A DNA stretch of 64,000 bases from Mobula birostris (lineage: Eukaryota), in NCBI RefSeq assembly GCF_030028105.1, contig NC_092371.1:14901884-14965883 (forward strand). Direction: 5' to 3'. Both the position numbers and the translations under genes were made by a program. This document shows positions 38,640-51,702 of this stretch, in pieces. The notes beneath the pieces are model-generated. The model searched no databases and was not told the DNA's origin. It saw nothing but the letters and a program-made list of their open reading frames with translations. Within the stretch, counting starts at the first letter, position 1, and every line of letters starts with the position of its first letter.

Positions 38640-38900
38640 TCACGATAACGCGCCTGACCCCTTTCCTGGATTTCCAGATATTTACAGAGATAAATTTATT
38701 TTCCAGACACGCACTGTTTCTGCCTGTCGTCTATAATGAGTATTAACATTTAAAATTATGGTTTACTGAATTATAAATAATACTTGTTATAAAAGATTAA
38801 GACCGGAAAGGTGATTTCTAATAATGTGGTGGCGGTAGAACGTAGCTGTCTGTAAACCAGATTTAGCCGCTAAAAGAAATGAGGTTCGCTTTCGTACCGC
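38640..38900 (-). promoter_or_regulatory. Paralogous upstream block with RUNX and IRF-like sites
   Basis: TGTGGT 38825-38830 and TTCGCTTTC 38885-38893, upstream of the 38534 leader. Confidence 0.4.
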
Positions 38901-40019
38901 GCCTCTTACCCCCACTTTGACCCCCACACTACCAGGAAGGAGGTACTATAGCATTAGGACGAGGACCTTTAGAATGGAAAACAGCTTCAACCTCCAGACC
39001 ACGAGACGACTGAATTCCATTCGACTGCCCAGGTCTCATCACCTATGAAGCATCAAGTGCATTATATTCTTTACTTGTCGACTTGAGCTGTAAATCAGCT
39101 TATGCTGAATGCCAAACTGCTGGAATGTATTTAATTATTTATTAGTTTTTTCCGGTAATATTATTTTCCGTGGTGTGTGTGGGTTATATGCAATTTGTTG
39201 TGCACCATGTTCCGGAAGAAAGTTATTTTGTTTGTCGATATACATTACGGAGTTCAATAACAATAAACCTGAACTTGAACTTCAACATACAAGTCAAGGA
39301 AATAATATTTACACCAATGAAAGTTATAATATGGCATAATCAGTCTACAAGATGGCCTCAGATGTCGCAGACACAGTTATGAATGAGTCACTAAAATAAA
39401 TCGTTTCTACACGTTTAAAAATCCACTGATCTTCAAAATCGGAGAAGTCCATAGTTGGTGCTAAATGCACTGAGTGTTTCCAGAATTCTCTATTTTCCTT
39501 GAAGCGAAATTGATTTCAATAATAATACAGAGCTGTATCTCTGGTAGGTGAGACAGAATAGTCACGATTTGCAGTGTTGGTACCTCAAATGAAGCGAATA
39601 ATTGTAACAGAGATATAGGGCAGTTCCGCCACGGCGCACGCAATGAAATCCCCAATTTGCAGTCTGTAAACCGGATTCAACAGCAAAAGGAAATGAGGAT
39701 TGCTTACTTACAGCGCCTCATAACCCCTCTTTGACCCCCTACTATCCGGCAGGAACTACCATCGCATCAAGACGAGGACGATTAAAATGGGAAAGGATTC
39801 TTACCCCAGGTCGTGAGGCGATTGCGTCCACCCAAGTATCATCACAAATGAAGCATCATTAGCATTATAATTACTTTTCGACTTAAATTGTAAATCCAGC
39901 TTCTACTGAATGTCACTCTTCTGGAATATATATTTACTATCTGTTAATTTATTTCTGGTAATATTATGTCCTGTGTTTTGTGTGAACTCAGTTTCCGGGG
40001 CAGCCTATGGGCGACGAGA

Positions 40020-42460
40020 GTAGCAGCAGTACTCTCAATGGATACGATTAAAAAGCACAACTACTTCCAAGGTCAGCACAGTCAACAAAGATGTCTTAAT
40101 GGGTTTAAACTAACCATTGCTGCTTAATCTGGTGGAAACAACTGTGGACGGAAGCGCCCACGGAAGAAGTGTGGTTGTAGATCGGGTTACAAGTGCGTTT
40201 AACGAAACAGGGCTTTAAACTCCCAATACTTATTATCTTGCTGGCAAACGTGCAGTATCTGGAAACATAGAAACATAGAAAACCCTCAGCATAAAGCTGT
40301 GCCGCACATCTGCTGAAAAAAAATCGATTATATCAGAGCCAGAGCTGCTGAATCAGAGGGACATTAGAACTGCGTGTGTACTTTGTTTCACGGAATCCTG
40401 GTTAACCCCTTCCGTACCAGATGCAGCGATTCATATCGACGAGTTTAGTATACACTGTCAGGATAGATCCATAGTCTCTTAACAACAGAGCTGGAGGAAA
40501 ATTTCTCGTGATAAACTCTTCTTGGTGCACAAATATATCAATGCTGTCGCAGACCACCAAACCTGAAATATCTAGCAGTTAAATCCCGTTTATTTTTTAC
40601 CTACCACGGCAGTTCTCCGGGGTCATTTTGGCAGAAGTATACATTCCATCTCAGGCCAATGTCAATCAGGCTTCGGATGATCTGAATAATGAGATCAACA
40701 TGAACGAAACAGCGCATCCTAACGCATTCACCATTGTTTTGGGAAATTTTAACCAGGCCATTCTGAAAAAACTGTCTAAGCAATTACCATCAACAGATCA
40801 CTTGCAACACCAGAGGAAACAACACAGAGAGCCATTGCTACAACACGATCAAGAATGCCTACCGTTCTATTCCACGGCCTCACATCGGTAAGTCTGATCA
40901 CCTGCTGTACTTCTACTCCCTGAGTATAGGAAAGGACTGAAGACTGCACCACCAATAGTGAGGACTAAGAAGGTATGAACAAAGAAAGCACAAGAGCGCC
41001 TACAGGACTGCTTTGAATCGGTGGACTGGACTGTATTCAGGGATTCATTTTCGAACCGGGATGAATATGCTGCAGTTGTTATCGATTTTATTAAGCCCTG
41101 TGTGGATGAGTGTGTGCCTACAAAGACTTGCTGCACATTTCCAAACCAAAAGCCCTGGATGATCAAGGAGGTAAGTCTTCTGCTTAAGGCTAGATCTGTG
41201 GCATTCAAGTCTGTCGATCCAAGCCTGTACCAGAAAACCAGGCGGACGGCTATTTCAATGGTGAAGGCACAATTTCGAACGAGTTAGGAGGCCACATTGT
41301 GCACGACAACTCTGGCAGGGCTTGCAAGACGTTACCTCCTACAAAGCGAAACCCAATAGAATGAAGCTCATATGAACTCAACGCCTTCGATGCCGGCTGT
41401 GAAGATCCCTGATGCACCTGATGACCCTGTTATCTCTGTATCAAAGGCCGAAGTTAGGCTGTCTTTAAAATGAGTGAACCCTCGCAATGTGGAAAGCCCC
41501 GATGGAGTACCTGGTAAGGCCCTGAAAACCTGTGCCATCCAACTGCCAGGAGTACTCGAGGACGTTTTCAACCTCTCATGACGGGCGGAAATTCCCACTT
41601 GCTGCAAAAAGGCAACAAATGTACCAGTGCCTAAGAAGAATAATGTGAACTGCCATAATAACTATCGCCCCTTAGTACACACACCTACAGTGATGAAATG
41701 CTTTGAGAGGTTGATCATGTTTAGACTGAACTCCTGCCTCAACAAGGACCTGGACCCGTGGCAACTTGCCTATCGCACAATAGGTTAACGGCAGCTTCAA
41801 TCTCAATTGCCCTCCACGCAGATTTAGAACACGGGTACAACGCAAACACCTATGACAGGATGCTATTCATCGACTATACCTCAGCATTTATTATCATCAT
41901 TCCAACAACCCTGATTGAGAAGTTGCAGAGCCTGGGCCTCTGCATCTCCGTCTGCAATTGGAACCTCGATTTCCCAACCGGAAGACAACAATCTATGCGG
42001 ATTGGTATAAGATCTCCTCCTCGCTGAATATCAACACTGGTGCACCTCAGGGGTGTGTGCTTTGCCCACTGCTCTACTGTCTCTATACCCATGACTGTGT
42101 GGCTATGCATAGCGCAAATACCATCTCTAAATATGCTGAGGATTCAGCCATTGTTGGTTGAATCTCCGGTGGTGACGAGAGGGAGTAAGGCATGCCAACT
42201 AGTGGAGTGGTGCAGCAGCAAAACCTGGCACTCAACGTCAGTAAGATCAAAGATCTGATTGTGTATTTACGGAAGGATCACAAGAAGGAACAAATACCAA
42301 TCCTCATGGAGGAATCAAAAGCGGAGAGAGTGAGCAGTTTCAAATTCCTGGGTGTCAAGATCTCTGAAGGCCTAACCTGGACCCAATATATCGATGCAGT
42401 TATAAACAAGGCAAGACAGCGGCTATATTTTATTAGTAACTTAAAGAGATTTGGTATGTG
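40020..42460 (+). mobile_element. Degenerate Rex1/Babar-clade LINE (APE + RT)
   Basis: CFTESWL, GNFNQA, PNQKPW, LFIDYTSAF, GAPQGCVLCPLLYCLYTHDC, SSFKFLGV spread across shifted frames. Confidence 0.85.
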
Positions 42461-45400
42461 GAAAGCGGCCAGTGAATGAGTGGGCTAGTGAAGGAGTGGA
42501 GCTTTGAGGCTTTGACTCGAGAGGCTTCGACGAGAAGATGCGGAGGACGAGCTTGTTCCGAGTTAGGCATTATAATGCCTCCTGAGACGGTGGTGTTCCT
42601 CTCATGTGAGATGTGGCAGTCTTGGGGGACCTCTTCTCTCCCGCAGAGTCATATATGCCAGAAGTGTATATGGTTGGGCGATCTGGAAGACCATGTAAGG
42701 AATCTGGAGCAGCAGCTGAATGACTTTCGACTCGTAAGTTAGAATGAGGCAGTCATAGATGAGAGCTACAGGGAGGTAGTCACACTTAGGCTGCCGGAAG
42801 CAGGTCGTTGGGTGACAGTCAGAGGGGAGAAAGCAAAGGAAAGTAGACATGTAGTGCAGAGCACCCCTGTAGCCATTCCCCTGCATAATAAGCTAACCGT
42901 CCTGGATACTGTTGGCGGGGACGACCGACCAGGTGTGAGTCACGGTGGCAGGGTCTCTGGCACTGAATCTGACCTTGTGGTGCAGAAGGGAGGGACGGAG
43001 AAGAGGAGAGCTGTCGTTATTGGAGACTCTGTAGTCAGGGGAGCAGGCAGGAAAGTTGTGGACGTGAGAAGGACACCCGCATGGTTTCTTACCTCCCGGG
43101 TGCCTAGTTCCGGGATGTCTCTGACCGGGTGCACGACATCCTGGGACGAGAGGGAAAGCAACCAGAAGCCGTGATACATGTTGGCACCAATGACATAGGC
43201 AGGAAGAGGGATGAGGTCCTGAAGTGTGAGTTTCGGGAACAAGGCAGAAGGCTAAAAAACAGGACATCGTGGGTGGCGTTTTCAGGATTGCCGCCAGTGC
43301 TACGTGATAATCATCGTAAGAATTGGAGGAAATTCGCTCAACAGTTGGTGCAGTGGACAGGGTTTTAGATTTTTGGATCATTGGGATTTCTTCTGTGGGA
43401 CCTGTACAGATTGGATGGGTTGCACGTGAACTCCTAGGGGGAGTAATATCCTTGCAGGTAGGTTTGCTAGCCTGATTCGGGAGGGTTTAAACTAATTTGC
43501 AAGTGGGATGTGATCCGGAGCGATAGAGCAGTGGAAGAAGTGCATGGAGTAAAGCCAGATGTAACATATAGAGAGGCCTTGAGGAAAGAGAAGTAGAATA
43601 AAGGGTGTAAAGGTAGGAGGGTAGAAGAGTTAAAGTGCGTGTACTTCAATGCAAGAAGCATCAAGAACAAGGGTGATGAACTGAGAGCTTGGATGTATAC
43701 ACGGAATTATGATGTACTGGCCATTATAGAGACTTGACTGGGACTAGGGCAGGAATGGATTCTCAATATTTCTGGATTTCAGTGTTTCATAACGGATAGA
43801 GTGGGGAGATAGGGAGGAGGGGAGGTAATACTGGTCAGGGATACTATTACAGCTACAGAAAGGGTGGGTAATGTAGCAGGATCCTCTTTTGAGTCAGTAT
43901 GGGTAGAAGTCAGGAACAGGAAGGGAGCAGTTACTCTATTGGGAGTATTCTATAGGCCCCCTGGTAGCAGCAGAGATACCGAGGAGCAGGTTGGGAGGCA
44001 GATTTTGGAAAGGTGCAAAATTAACAGGATTGTTATCATGGGTGACGTTAACTTCCCTAACATTGATTGGCATCTGATTAGTTCCAAGGGTTTGGACGGG
44101 GCAGAGTTTGATAAGTGTGTCCAGGACGGATTCCTGTCACAGTATGTTGACAGGCTGTCTAGGGGGAATGCCATACTAGATCTATTATTAGGTAACAAAC
44201 CGGGTCAGGGCACAGATCACTCAGTGGGTGACCATCTGGGGGACAGTGATCAACACTCCCAGGCCTTCAGAATTATCGTGGAAAAGGATAGAATCAGAGA
44301 GGGCAGGAAATTTTTAAGTTGGGAAAGTGCAAATTATGAGGCTATAAGGCTCATTTCTGGAGTCGAAAGAGATGTGGGAGATTAAAGAGGAGGAGAGTTT
44401 TGCTGTCTTGAGAAACTTAGGGTGGATAAATCCCCAGGGCCTGACAAGCTGTTCGGTCTGACCCTGTGGGAGGCTAGTGCAAAAACTGTAGTGGCCTTAA
44501 GAGATATTAAAAACTTCTTAGCAACAAGTGAGGTGGCAGAGGATTAGGGGATAGCTGCTGTTGTTGTGCTGTTTAAGAAAAGTTCCCAGTTTAAAGAAGG
44601 AATTTATAGGCCAGTCAACCTGACATCAGTAGTGGGAATATTATTGGAAGGTATTCTGCGGAAGCGGATATATAAGTATTTCGATATACATACCTTTGTA
44701 GATGGATTAGGGGTAGTCAGCATGGTTTTGTATGTGGTAGGTTATGTCCAACCAATCATATTGGTTTTTCGAGGAAGTTACCACGAACATTGATAAAGGC
44801 AGGGCAGTAAATGTTTTCGCCATGGAATTTAGCAAGGCTTTGAGCAAGATTCCACTTGACAGGTTGGACAAGAAGGTTCTGTTGCTTGGTAGTAAACATG
44901 AGGTAGTTAATTGAATTAGAAATTGCCTTCGCAGGAGAATCCACGAAGAAATAGTAAATGATTTGCACTCTGATTAAAGGGCTGTGACTAGTGTGTTCCG
45001 CAAGGGGTTGTGCTTGGTCCATTGATATTTGTGATATACATCAACGATCTGGATGATAATGTGGTAAATTGAATCAGCGCATTTGACGCTGGCACCAAGA
45101 GAAGTTAGGATGTGATTATGAAACTATATAAGATGTTGGTGAAGCCTGATTTCGTACATTGTGTGCAGTTTTGGTCATCTACGTACAGGAAAGATGGAAT
45201 AAGTTTGAAAGAGTGCAGGAAAAAATTGCAAGGAAGTTGCTGGGATATAAGGACCTGAATCGTGTTTTTATTCCGTAGATATAGAAGACTGAGGGGGGAT
45301 TTGATAAATGTATTCAAAGTTATGAGGGATTAGATAGGGTGAATGAATGCAAGCTTTTCCCCCACTGTCGTTAGGTGATATTACATACAGACACTATGGG

Positions 45401-45915
45401 TTAAGGGTGAAAAATGTAAGGGTTAAGGGGAGCATGAGGGGAATCTTTTTCACTCAGATGGTAGTGAGTGTGCAATACCAATTGCCAGCTCAAGTTGTAG
45501 ATGCGAGTTCGATGTCCACATTTAAGAGAAATATGGAGAAGTACAAAGATGGGGAAGATAATGTACAAGATAATGAGAGGCATTGATCATGTGGATCGCC
45601 AAAGACTTTTCCCCAGGGTTGAAATAGCTAGCACGAGAGGGCATAGATTTGAGGTGCTTGGAAGTAGGTATAGAGGAGATGTCAGGGGCACATTTTTTAC
45701 GCAGAGAGTGGTGAGTGCTTGGAATGGGCTGCCGGCAGCAGTGGTGGGGGCGGAAACGATAGAGTCTTTTAAGAGAATCCTGGATGGGTACATTGAGCTT
45801 AGAAAAATATAGGGCTTTGGGTAAGCCTAGGTAGTTCTAAGGTATGGACGTGCTCAGCACAGCATTGTGGGCCGAAGGGGTTGTATTGTGCTGCAGGTTT
45901 TCTATGTTTCTATGT
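42460..45915 (+). mobile_element. Near full-length degenerate CR1 (ORF1 zinc motif + SGNH esterase, ORF2 APE+RT) followed by a second CR1 3' end
   Basis: CEMW…HICQKC; VIHVGTNDIG; GVFYRPPGS, MGDVNFPNIDW; YRPVNLTS; tail TTTCTATG at about 45900. Confidence 0.9.
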
Positions 45916-45919
45916 TAAC

Positions 45920-48900
45920 ATACATCATCATATCCTACCCTGAGATTCATTTTCTTACCGTTAGCCACAGTGGGTGGGAAAGAGAAGTAGAACAGAGACA
46001 ATGAAAAAGTGTGCACAAACGGCAAATAACTAAATAGATAAAAGGATAGACAGATACAGAAATAATACATAAATCAATTACATTCAATAAATAGGCAATC
46101 ATTAAATAAAAGGATAAAGCTATAGATTGATAAATACATAAATAATATTGAGGACATGAGTTGTAGAATCTTTCAAAGAGTATCTGTCGATCGTAGGATC
46201 AAGAATGTCATCCACTTAGGTTCAGGAGCATGATTCTTGAAGGTTAATAACTCTTCCTGAAACTTAGACCATAAGGCCATTAGACATAGGAGCAGAATTA
46301 AGCCATCTGGCCCATTGAGTATGCTCCTCCATTCAATCATGCCTGATCCTTTTGTTTTCTCCTCCTCAACCCCATTTCCCAGCCTTCTCATCGTAACCAT
46401 TGATGCCATGTCAATCAAGAACCTATCAATCTCTGCCATATATACACCCAGCGACCTGGCCTCCAGAGATGCACGCGGCCACAAGTTCCACAAATTCACT
46501 ACCCTCTGTCTATAGAAATTTCTCCGCATCTTTGTTCAGGGATAACATGAGGGGGAACTTTTTTACTCAGAGAGTGGTAGCTGTGTAGTACGAGCTTCCA
46601 GCAGAAGTGGTTGAGGCAAGTTCGATGTTGTCGTTTAAAGTTAAATTCGATAGATATATGGACAGGAAGGGAATGGAGGGTTATGGACCAAGTGCAGGTC
46701 GGTGGGACTAGGTGAGAGTAGGAGTTCGGCACGGACTAGAAGGGCCGAGATGGCCTGTTTCCGTACTGTAATTGTTATATGGCTATATGGTTATAAAAAA
46801 AGGGTGCCTTTCTGTCCTGGGGCTGTGACCTCTTACCCTAGACTCGCACAACATGGGAAGCATCCGTTCCACATCTACTCTGTCCAGGCCATTCAACATT
46901 CGAAAGGATTCAGTGAGATCCCCCCTCATTCTTCTAAATTCAAGCAAGTACAGACACAGAGCCATTAAACATTCTTCGTATAATAACCCTTTCATTTCTG
47001 GAATCATCCTTGTGAAACTCCTCCAGACCCTCTTCAATGCCAGCATATCTGTTCTAAGATAAGGAGCCAGAAACTCTGCACGATACTCAAGCTGAGGCCT
47101 CACCAGTGCCTTATAAAGCCTCAACATCACATCCCTGCTTTTGAATTCTAGATGTCTTGAAATAAATGCTAAAATTGCATTTGCCTTCCTCGCTACCGAC
47201 TCAACCTGCAAGATAACTTTTAGGGTGTTCTGCACAAGAACTCCCAAGTCCCTTTATATCTCAGGTTTTTGAATTTTCTCCCCGCTTAGAAAATAGTCCG
47301 CACGCTTATTTCTACTGACAAAGTGCATGTCCATGCATTCTCCAATATTATATTTTATTTGCCACATTTTCCATTCTCCTGATCTGTCTAAGTTCTTCTG
47401 CATCATAGCTGTTTCGTCAACACTCCCTGCCTCCTCTCCAATCTTCCTATTATCTGCAGACTTGGCAACAAAGCCATCTATTTCATTATGTAAATCATTT
47501 ATATACAGCATAAAAAGAAGTGGTCCAAACAACGACCCCTGCAGAACAGCACGAGTCATTGGCAGCCAACCAGACAAGGATCCTTTTATTCCCACTCGCT
47601 GCCTTCTTCTAGTCAGCCAATGCTCCAAGGGTGCAGTTCATCTGGTCCGAGTGACTTATGTACCTTTAGGTCTTTAAGTTTTTTGAGTATCTCCTCCCTT
47701 GTAATAGTAACTGTACCCACTACTCTTCTTTCACAGACTACAACATCTGGCATACTGCTAGTGATTTCCTCAGTGAAGACTGATGCAAGATAGTCATTTA
47801 GTTCATCAGCCGTCTCCTTGTTGTTCGTTATTATTTCTGCTGCCTCATTTTCTAGCAGCCCTATGTCCACTCTCCTCTCTCTTTTATTTTTTTTAAATAC
47901 TTATAAAAGCTTTTACTATTCATTTTGATATTTTTGCTAGCTTGCTTTGATAGTTCACCTTTTGCCTTCTAGTTATTATTTTAGTCGCTCTCTGTAGGTT
48001 TTTAAAAACTTCCCAATCCTCTATTTTCCCACTAATTTTTGTTTTGTTGTATACCCTCTCTTTTGTGTTTACATTGGTTTCGACGTTTCTTGTCAGCCAC
48101 GTCTGTACTATTTTGCTATTTGAGTTTTTTTTTTCAGTTTTGGAATACACATCTGCTGCGTCTTCCCCATTTTTCCTAGAAATGCACACCATTGCTGCTC
48201 TGCTGACATTCCTGCCAGCAGCTCCTTCCAATTTACTTTGGCCACCTCCTCTATCATACCACTGTAATATCCCTTACTCCACTGAAATATTGTTAAGTCA
48301 GACTTTACTTTCTCCCCATCAAATTTCAAGTTGAACTCAATCATAACTTGTACTGTGGGATCTGAAACATCTGTATTTGTCGCATGGGAGAGAACTGCTG
48401 AACTGTGAATCATGTGTGAGATGACTACAGAGCCCCATCTAGATATATTGACAGTTCAATAAGGCGGTCTTTCTCGTAGGTGTAACTGTTAAGACGGACT
48501 GGTCGAAGCACTCACAGAGAACTCAGTAACATTCCTCACCACCTAAAATTCTTTCAACCATTGTGTCATCGGCACATTTATAGATGACGTTTGGGTTGTG
48601 ACTAGCCACACAATCGTGGGTGTAGATACAGTAGAGTAGTAGGCTAAGCACACATCATTGAGGTGCGCCAGTGCTGATTGTCAAAGATAATTAAATTTAA
48701 TATACAATCTGCACTGACTGTGGTCTTCAGATTAGGATGGCAAGGATCCAGTTGCAGAGAGAAGTGTTCAGGCTATGATTTTGCGGTCTGCTGGTTACTA
48801 CTAAGGGTATGAATGAGTTTAACCATTTATAAACAACCTGGCCTAGGTAGACAGGGCCAAGTGGAGAGAGAGATGGATTGCATTTGCTGTCGAACTATTG

Positions 48901-49250
48901 TGGCAAAAGACAAATTGCAGCCGATGTAGATCCTTGCTGAGGCAGTAGTTAAATCTTGCCATGACCAACTTCTCAAAGAACTTCATCAGAGTATCCTTCT
49001 CAGCTTGAGCACTGGAATGAAGTCCTAACCTAGTCAACATTTTCTTATTCTTCAGGTCTTTGTTCCTGGCGGCATCTCTTGTAAATTTGCTCTGCACTCT
49101 TTGAAAGTTATTGATTGATTTTCTATAGGTAGGAGACCAGAACTGCGCACAATATTCTAAATTCGACGTCTCCAAAGTCTTTCCAACATCAACATAACAT
49201 CTCAACTCCAGTATACAATATTCTTTACGACCTTATCTACTTGTTGCGTT
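45920..49250. mobile_element. Nested CR1 and Rex-type fragments, mostly minus strand
   Basis: ORFs 46783-47247 and 47254-47628 give CR1 RT motifs (LQGSLFGPLLF, LYKALVRPQLEY). Confidence 0.85.
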
Positions 49251-49266
49251 TCTTTCAATGACTTAT

Positions 49267-50680
49267 TGTCATGGTCTGGTCCGTGAAGTCCGCATTCCGG
49301 TTCACGGTCCGGTCCATGACTCCGGACTCCAGGTCTTCCGGCTGTCCCCTGTTTCAGTTGGACTTAATCATAAGCACCTGATGATCGTCTTGGCGCTGGG
49401 AATATATGTGGTCCTGGGTTCGAGTGTGGGTGCTGGTTTGTCTCGTGAGTATCCCGTCTTCGCCTCCGTGGGATAAGTCAGGCCATCTTTGCCGTTACCC
49501 TGAGGCTGGACTGTTCCTTTCCCTTCCTTTCCCTTCCCTTCCGCTTCTTTGCCTGCAACCTGTGTCTGGAGCCTTTCCTGCAACCCGTGTCTGGAGCCTT
49601 GCCCTGCAACCTGTGTCTGGAGCCTTGCCCCACAACCCGTGTCTGGAGCCTTTCCTGCAACCTGTGTCTGGATCCTTGCCTGCAATCTTGCCAAGTTCTA
49701 CCGCCAGAGCAAGACTGGAGCCTTGCTGTGTCTAGATAAGGAACTGTCTATTGTTGTTTTATCTCTGTGTCCACACCTTCGCTAGTTAGGTCCAGCCGTT
49801 TGCCGCTACCTAGTGTTGAAAATCGTCTCGTCATTTTCGGCATTCTGTGCAGAACCCTGGCCTCAAGTCCTGTTCCCAAGCGGGGGTTCCTGGCTCTGTG
49901 TTCCGTGTACGTCCCGATCCTAAGTCCTGGTCCCAAGGGAGGGGGGGGGGGGGTCCCGGCTCAGTGTTCCATGTCCCTGTGTTCCTGTCTCTCAAGTCCA
50001 AGGCTCTGTGTTCCTGTCCTCACCAAGACCAAGCCTCTGTGATCTGCGTTCCTGAAGTCCCAAGTCCAAGGTTCAGAAGTTCATACCGTCCCAAGTCCAA
50101 GGCTCGGCTGTTCCTGAGTAGCAAGCCAAGGATTCGCGTTCTCGTCCTGTTCATGTGCTTCGTCCTCTGCTGGAGTTCCCTCGTCTTGTCCAGGAGTCTC
50201 TTGTTCTGTCCTGTAGCCTCGCCTAGTCCTGTCTCCCAGGACCACGTCATGTCTTCGCGTAGTTCTGGAGTCCAAGCCCCAGTCAAGACCCAGGTTCTGG
50301 GTCCTTGTCCAGTCTCTTTCTCGGAGTCCGAACCCAAGCCTCGTCATGTCCTCGCATCCAAGAACCCAAGCCATGAAGTACCCAAGCCATGAAGAACCCA
50401 AACCATGTCCAGTCCTGTAGTCAAGTTATGTCCTCGCCTGGTTCCGGGGTCCCAGCTCGAGTTAAGACCCATGATCTGGGTTTTTGTCCAGTCTCCGGCT
50501 CGGATTCCAAGCCCAGGCTCTTCGTTCCCAGTTCCTTGTCCTGGTCCCGCTTGCCTAACCAATGTCCTATCTCCTAGTCTGTGTCCTGTTCCGTCCCTAA
50601 GCCTAGTCCATTTCAGTTCCTAGTACTTCAGTGTCTGTGTCTTGCATTTGGGTCTGCTCCCAGCGCCCCAACTTATGAAA
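49267..50680. mobile_element. Solo LTR with 5-bp TSD CTTAT, inserted in a CR1 fragment
   Basis: Starts TGTCAT, ends ATGAAA (ATGACA-like); CTTAT at 49262-49266 and 50681-50685; no internal coding domains. Confidence 0.8.
49545..49690 (+). repeat. About 26-bp tandem repeat (CCTTGCCCTGCAACCTGTGTCTGGAG-like) within the LTR
   Basis: About five imperfect units visible. Confidence 0.85.
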
Positions 50681-51561
50681 CTTATGGATCTGTATTCACA
50701 GATTTCTTTGTTCGCCACATTCCTTGGGGCCCTACCGTTCATCGTGTAGATTCTATGAAAGTGCAAAAAAAAACTCTTACTTGTCTGTATTAAGTTCCAT
50801 CCGGAACTCTCAGACATTTTTCTGGCTGGTTCATATCCCGCTGCAAGCTTTCATAGACTTCCTTCGGTTAGGTCGTTAACGTTAACTGGAATAATATATA
50901 AACTGGAACTGAGAAATAATGAAAGGTCGGAATCAGAAATCAGGAAATAGTGGCTGTTTATTCCAGGTTTGGTGTCATTTCGATGCAAGGCTAATTCAGA
51001 ACCACGTTTATTATCAGTGGCATATTTCGAGAAATGCTTCGCTTTTCTGGCAGCAGTACATTGCAACACGTTGATAAAAAGGATTGTTCAATATGAAATA
51101 TATTAAATAAAAAACAAAATAAAAAGTACAAATAGAGACCAAAAATATATATTGCTGTAGCGTACATTGTGCATTCAGAAATGTGATGGCAGTGGGGAAG
51201 GAGCTGTTCTGGAAGCATGATTGTGTGTCTTCAGGATCCTATACTACTCCGCTGATGCTAGCAATGATAAGAGGCATGTCCTGGATGATGGAAATCCTTA
51301 ATGATGAATGCATTCTTCTGAGACATCATCGTTTGAAGGCGTCCTCGATGCTGGGAAAGCTAGTGCCCATAATTAAGCTGGCCGAGTGTACACCTTTCTG
51401 CAGGAATTTCTGGAAGAATGACATGAATGGATAATACGAGAATGATTATGTGTCCAGTTGATAACAGGATCGGAATTTCAGGGCAATCGCCTTTCTTCAT
51501 TGATGTTCGTCATTATTAGTATCTGGTCCATATCGGCCTCTCACTGCTGCTCCTGGTTTCA

Positions 51562-51702
51562 NNNNNNNNNNNNNNNNNNNNNNNNNNNNNNNNNNNNNNN
51601 NNNNNNNNNNNNNNNNNNNNNNNNNNNNNNNNNNNNNNNNNNNNNNNNNNNNNNNNNNNNNNNNNNNNNNNNNNNNNNNNNNNNNNNNNNNNNNNNNNNN
51701 NN
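51562..51702. other. Assembly gap (N run) inside a putative C exon
   Basis: Direct. Confidence 1.

Noticed and set aside
49368-50623. Many overlapping ORFs on both strands
   Set aside because: They arise from low-complexity tandem repeats inside the solo LTR.
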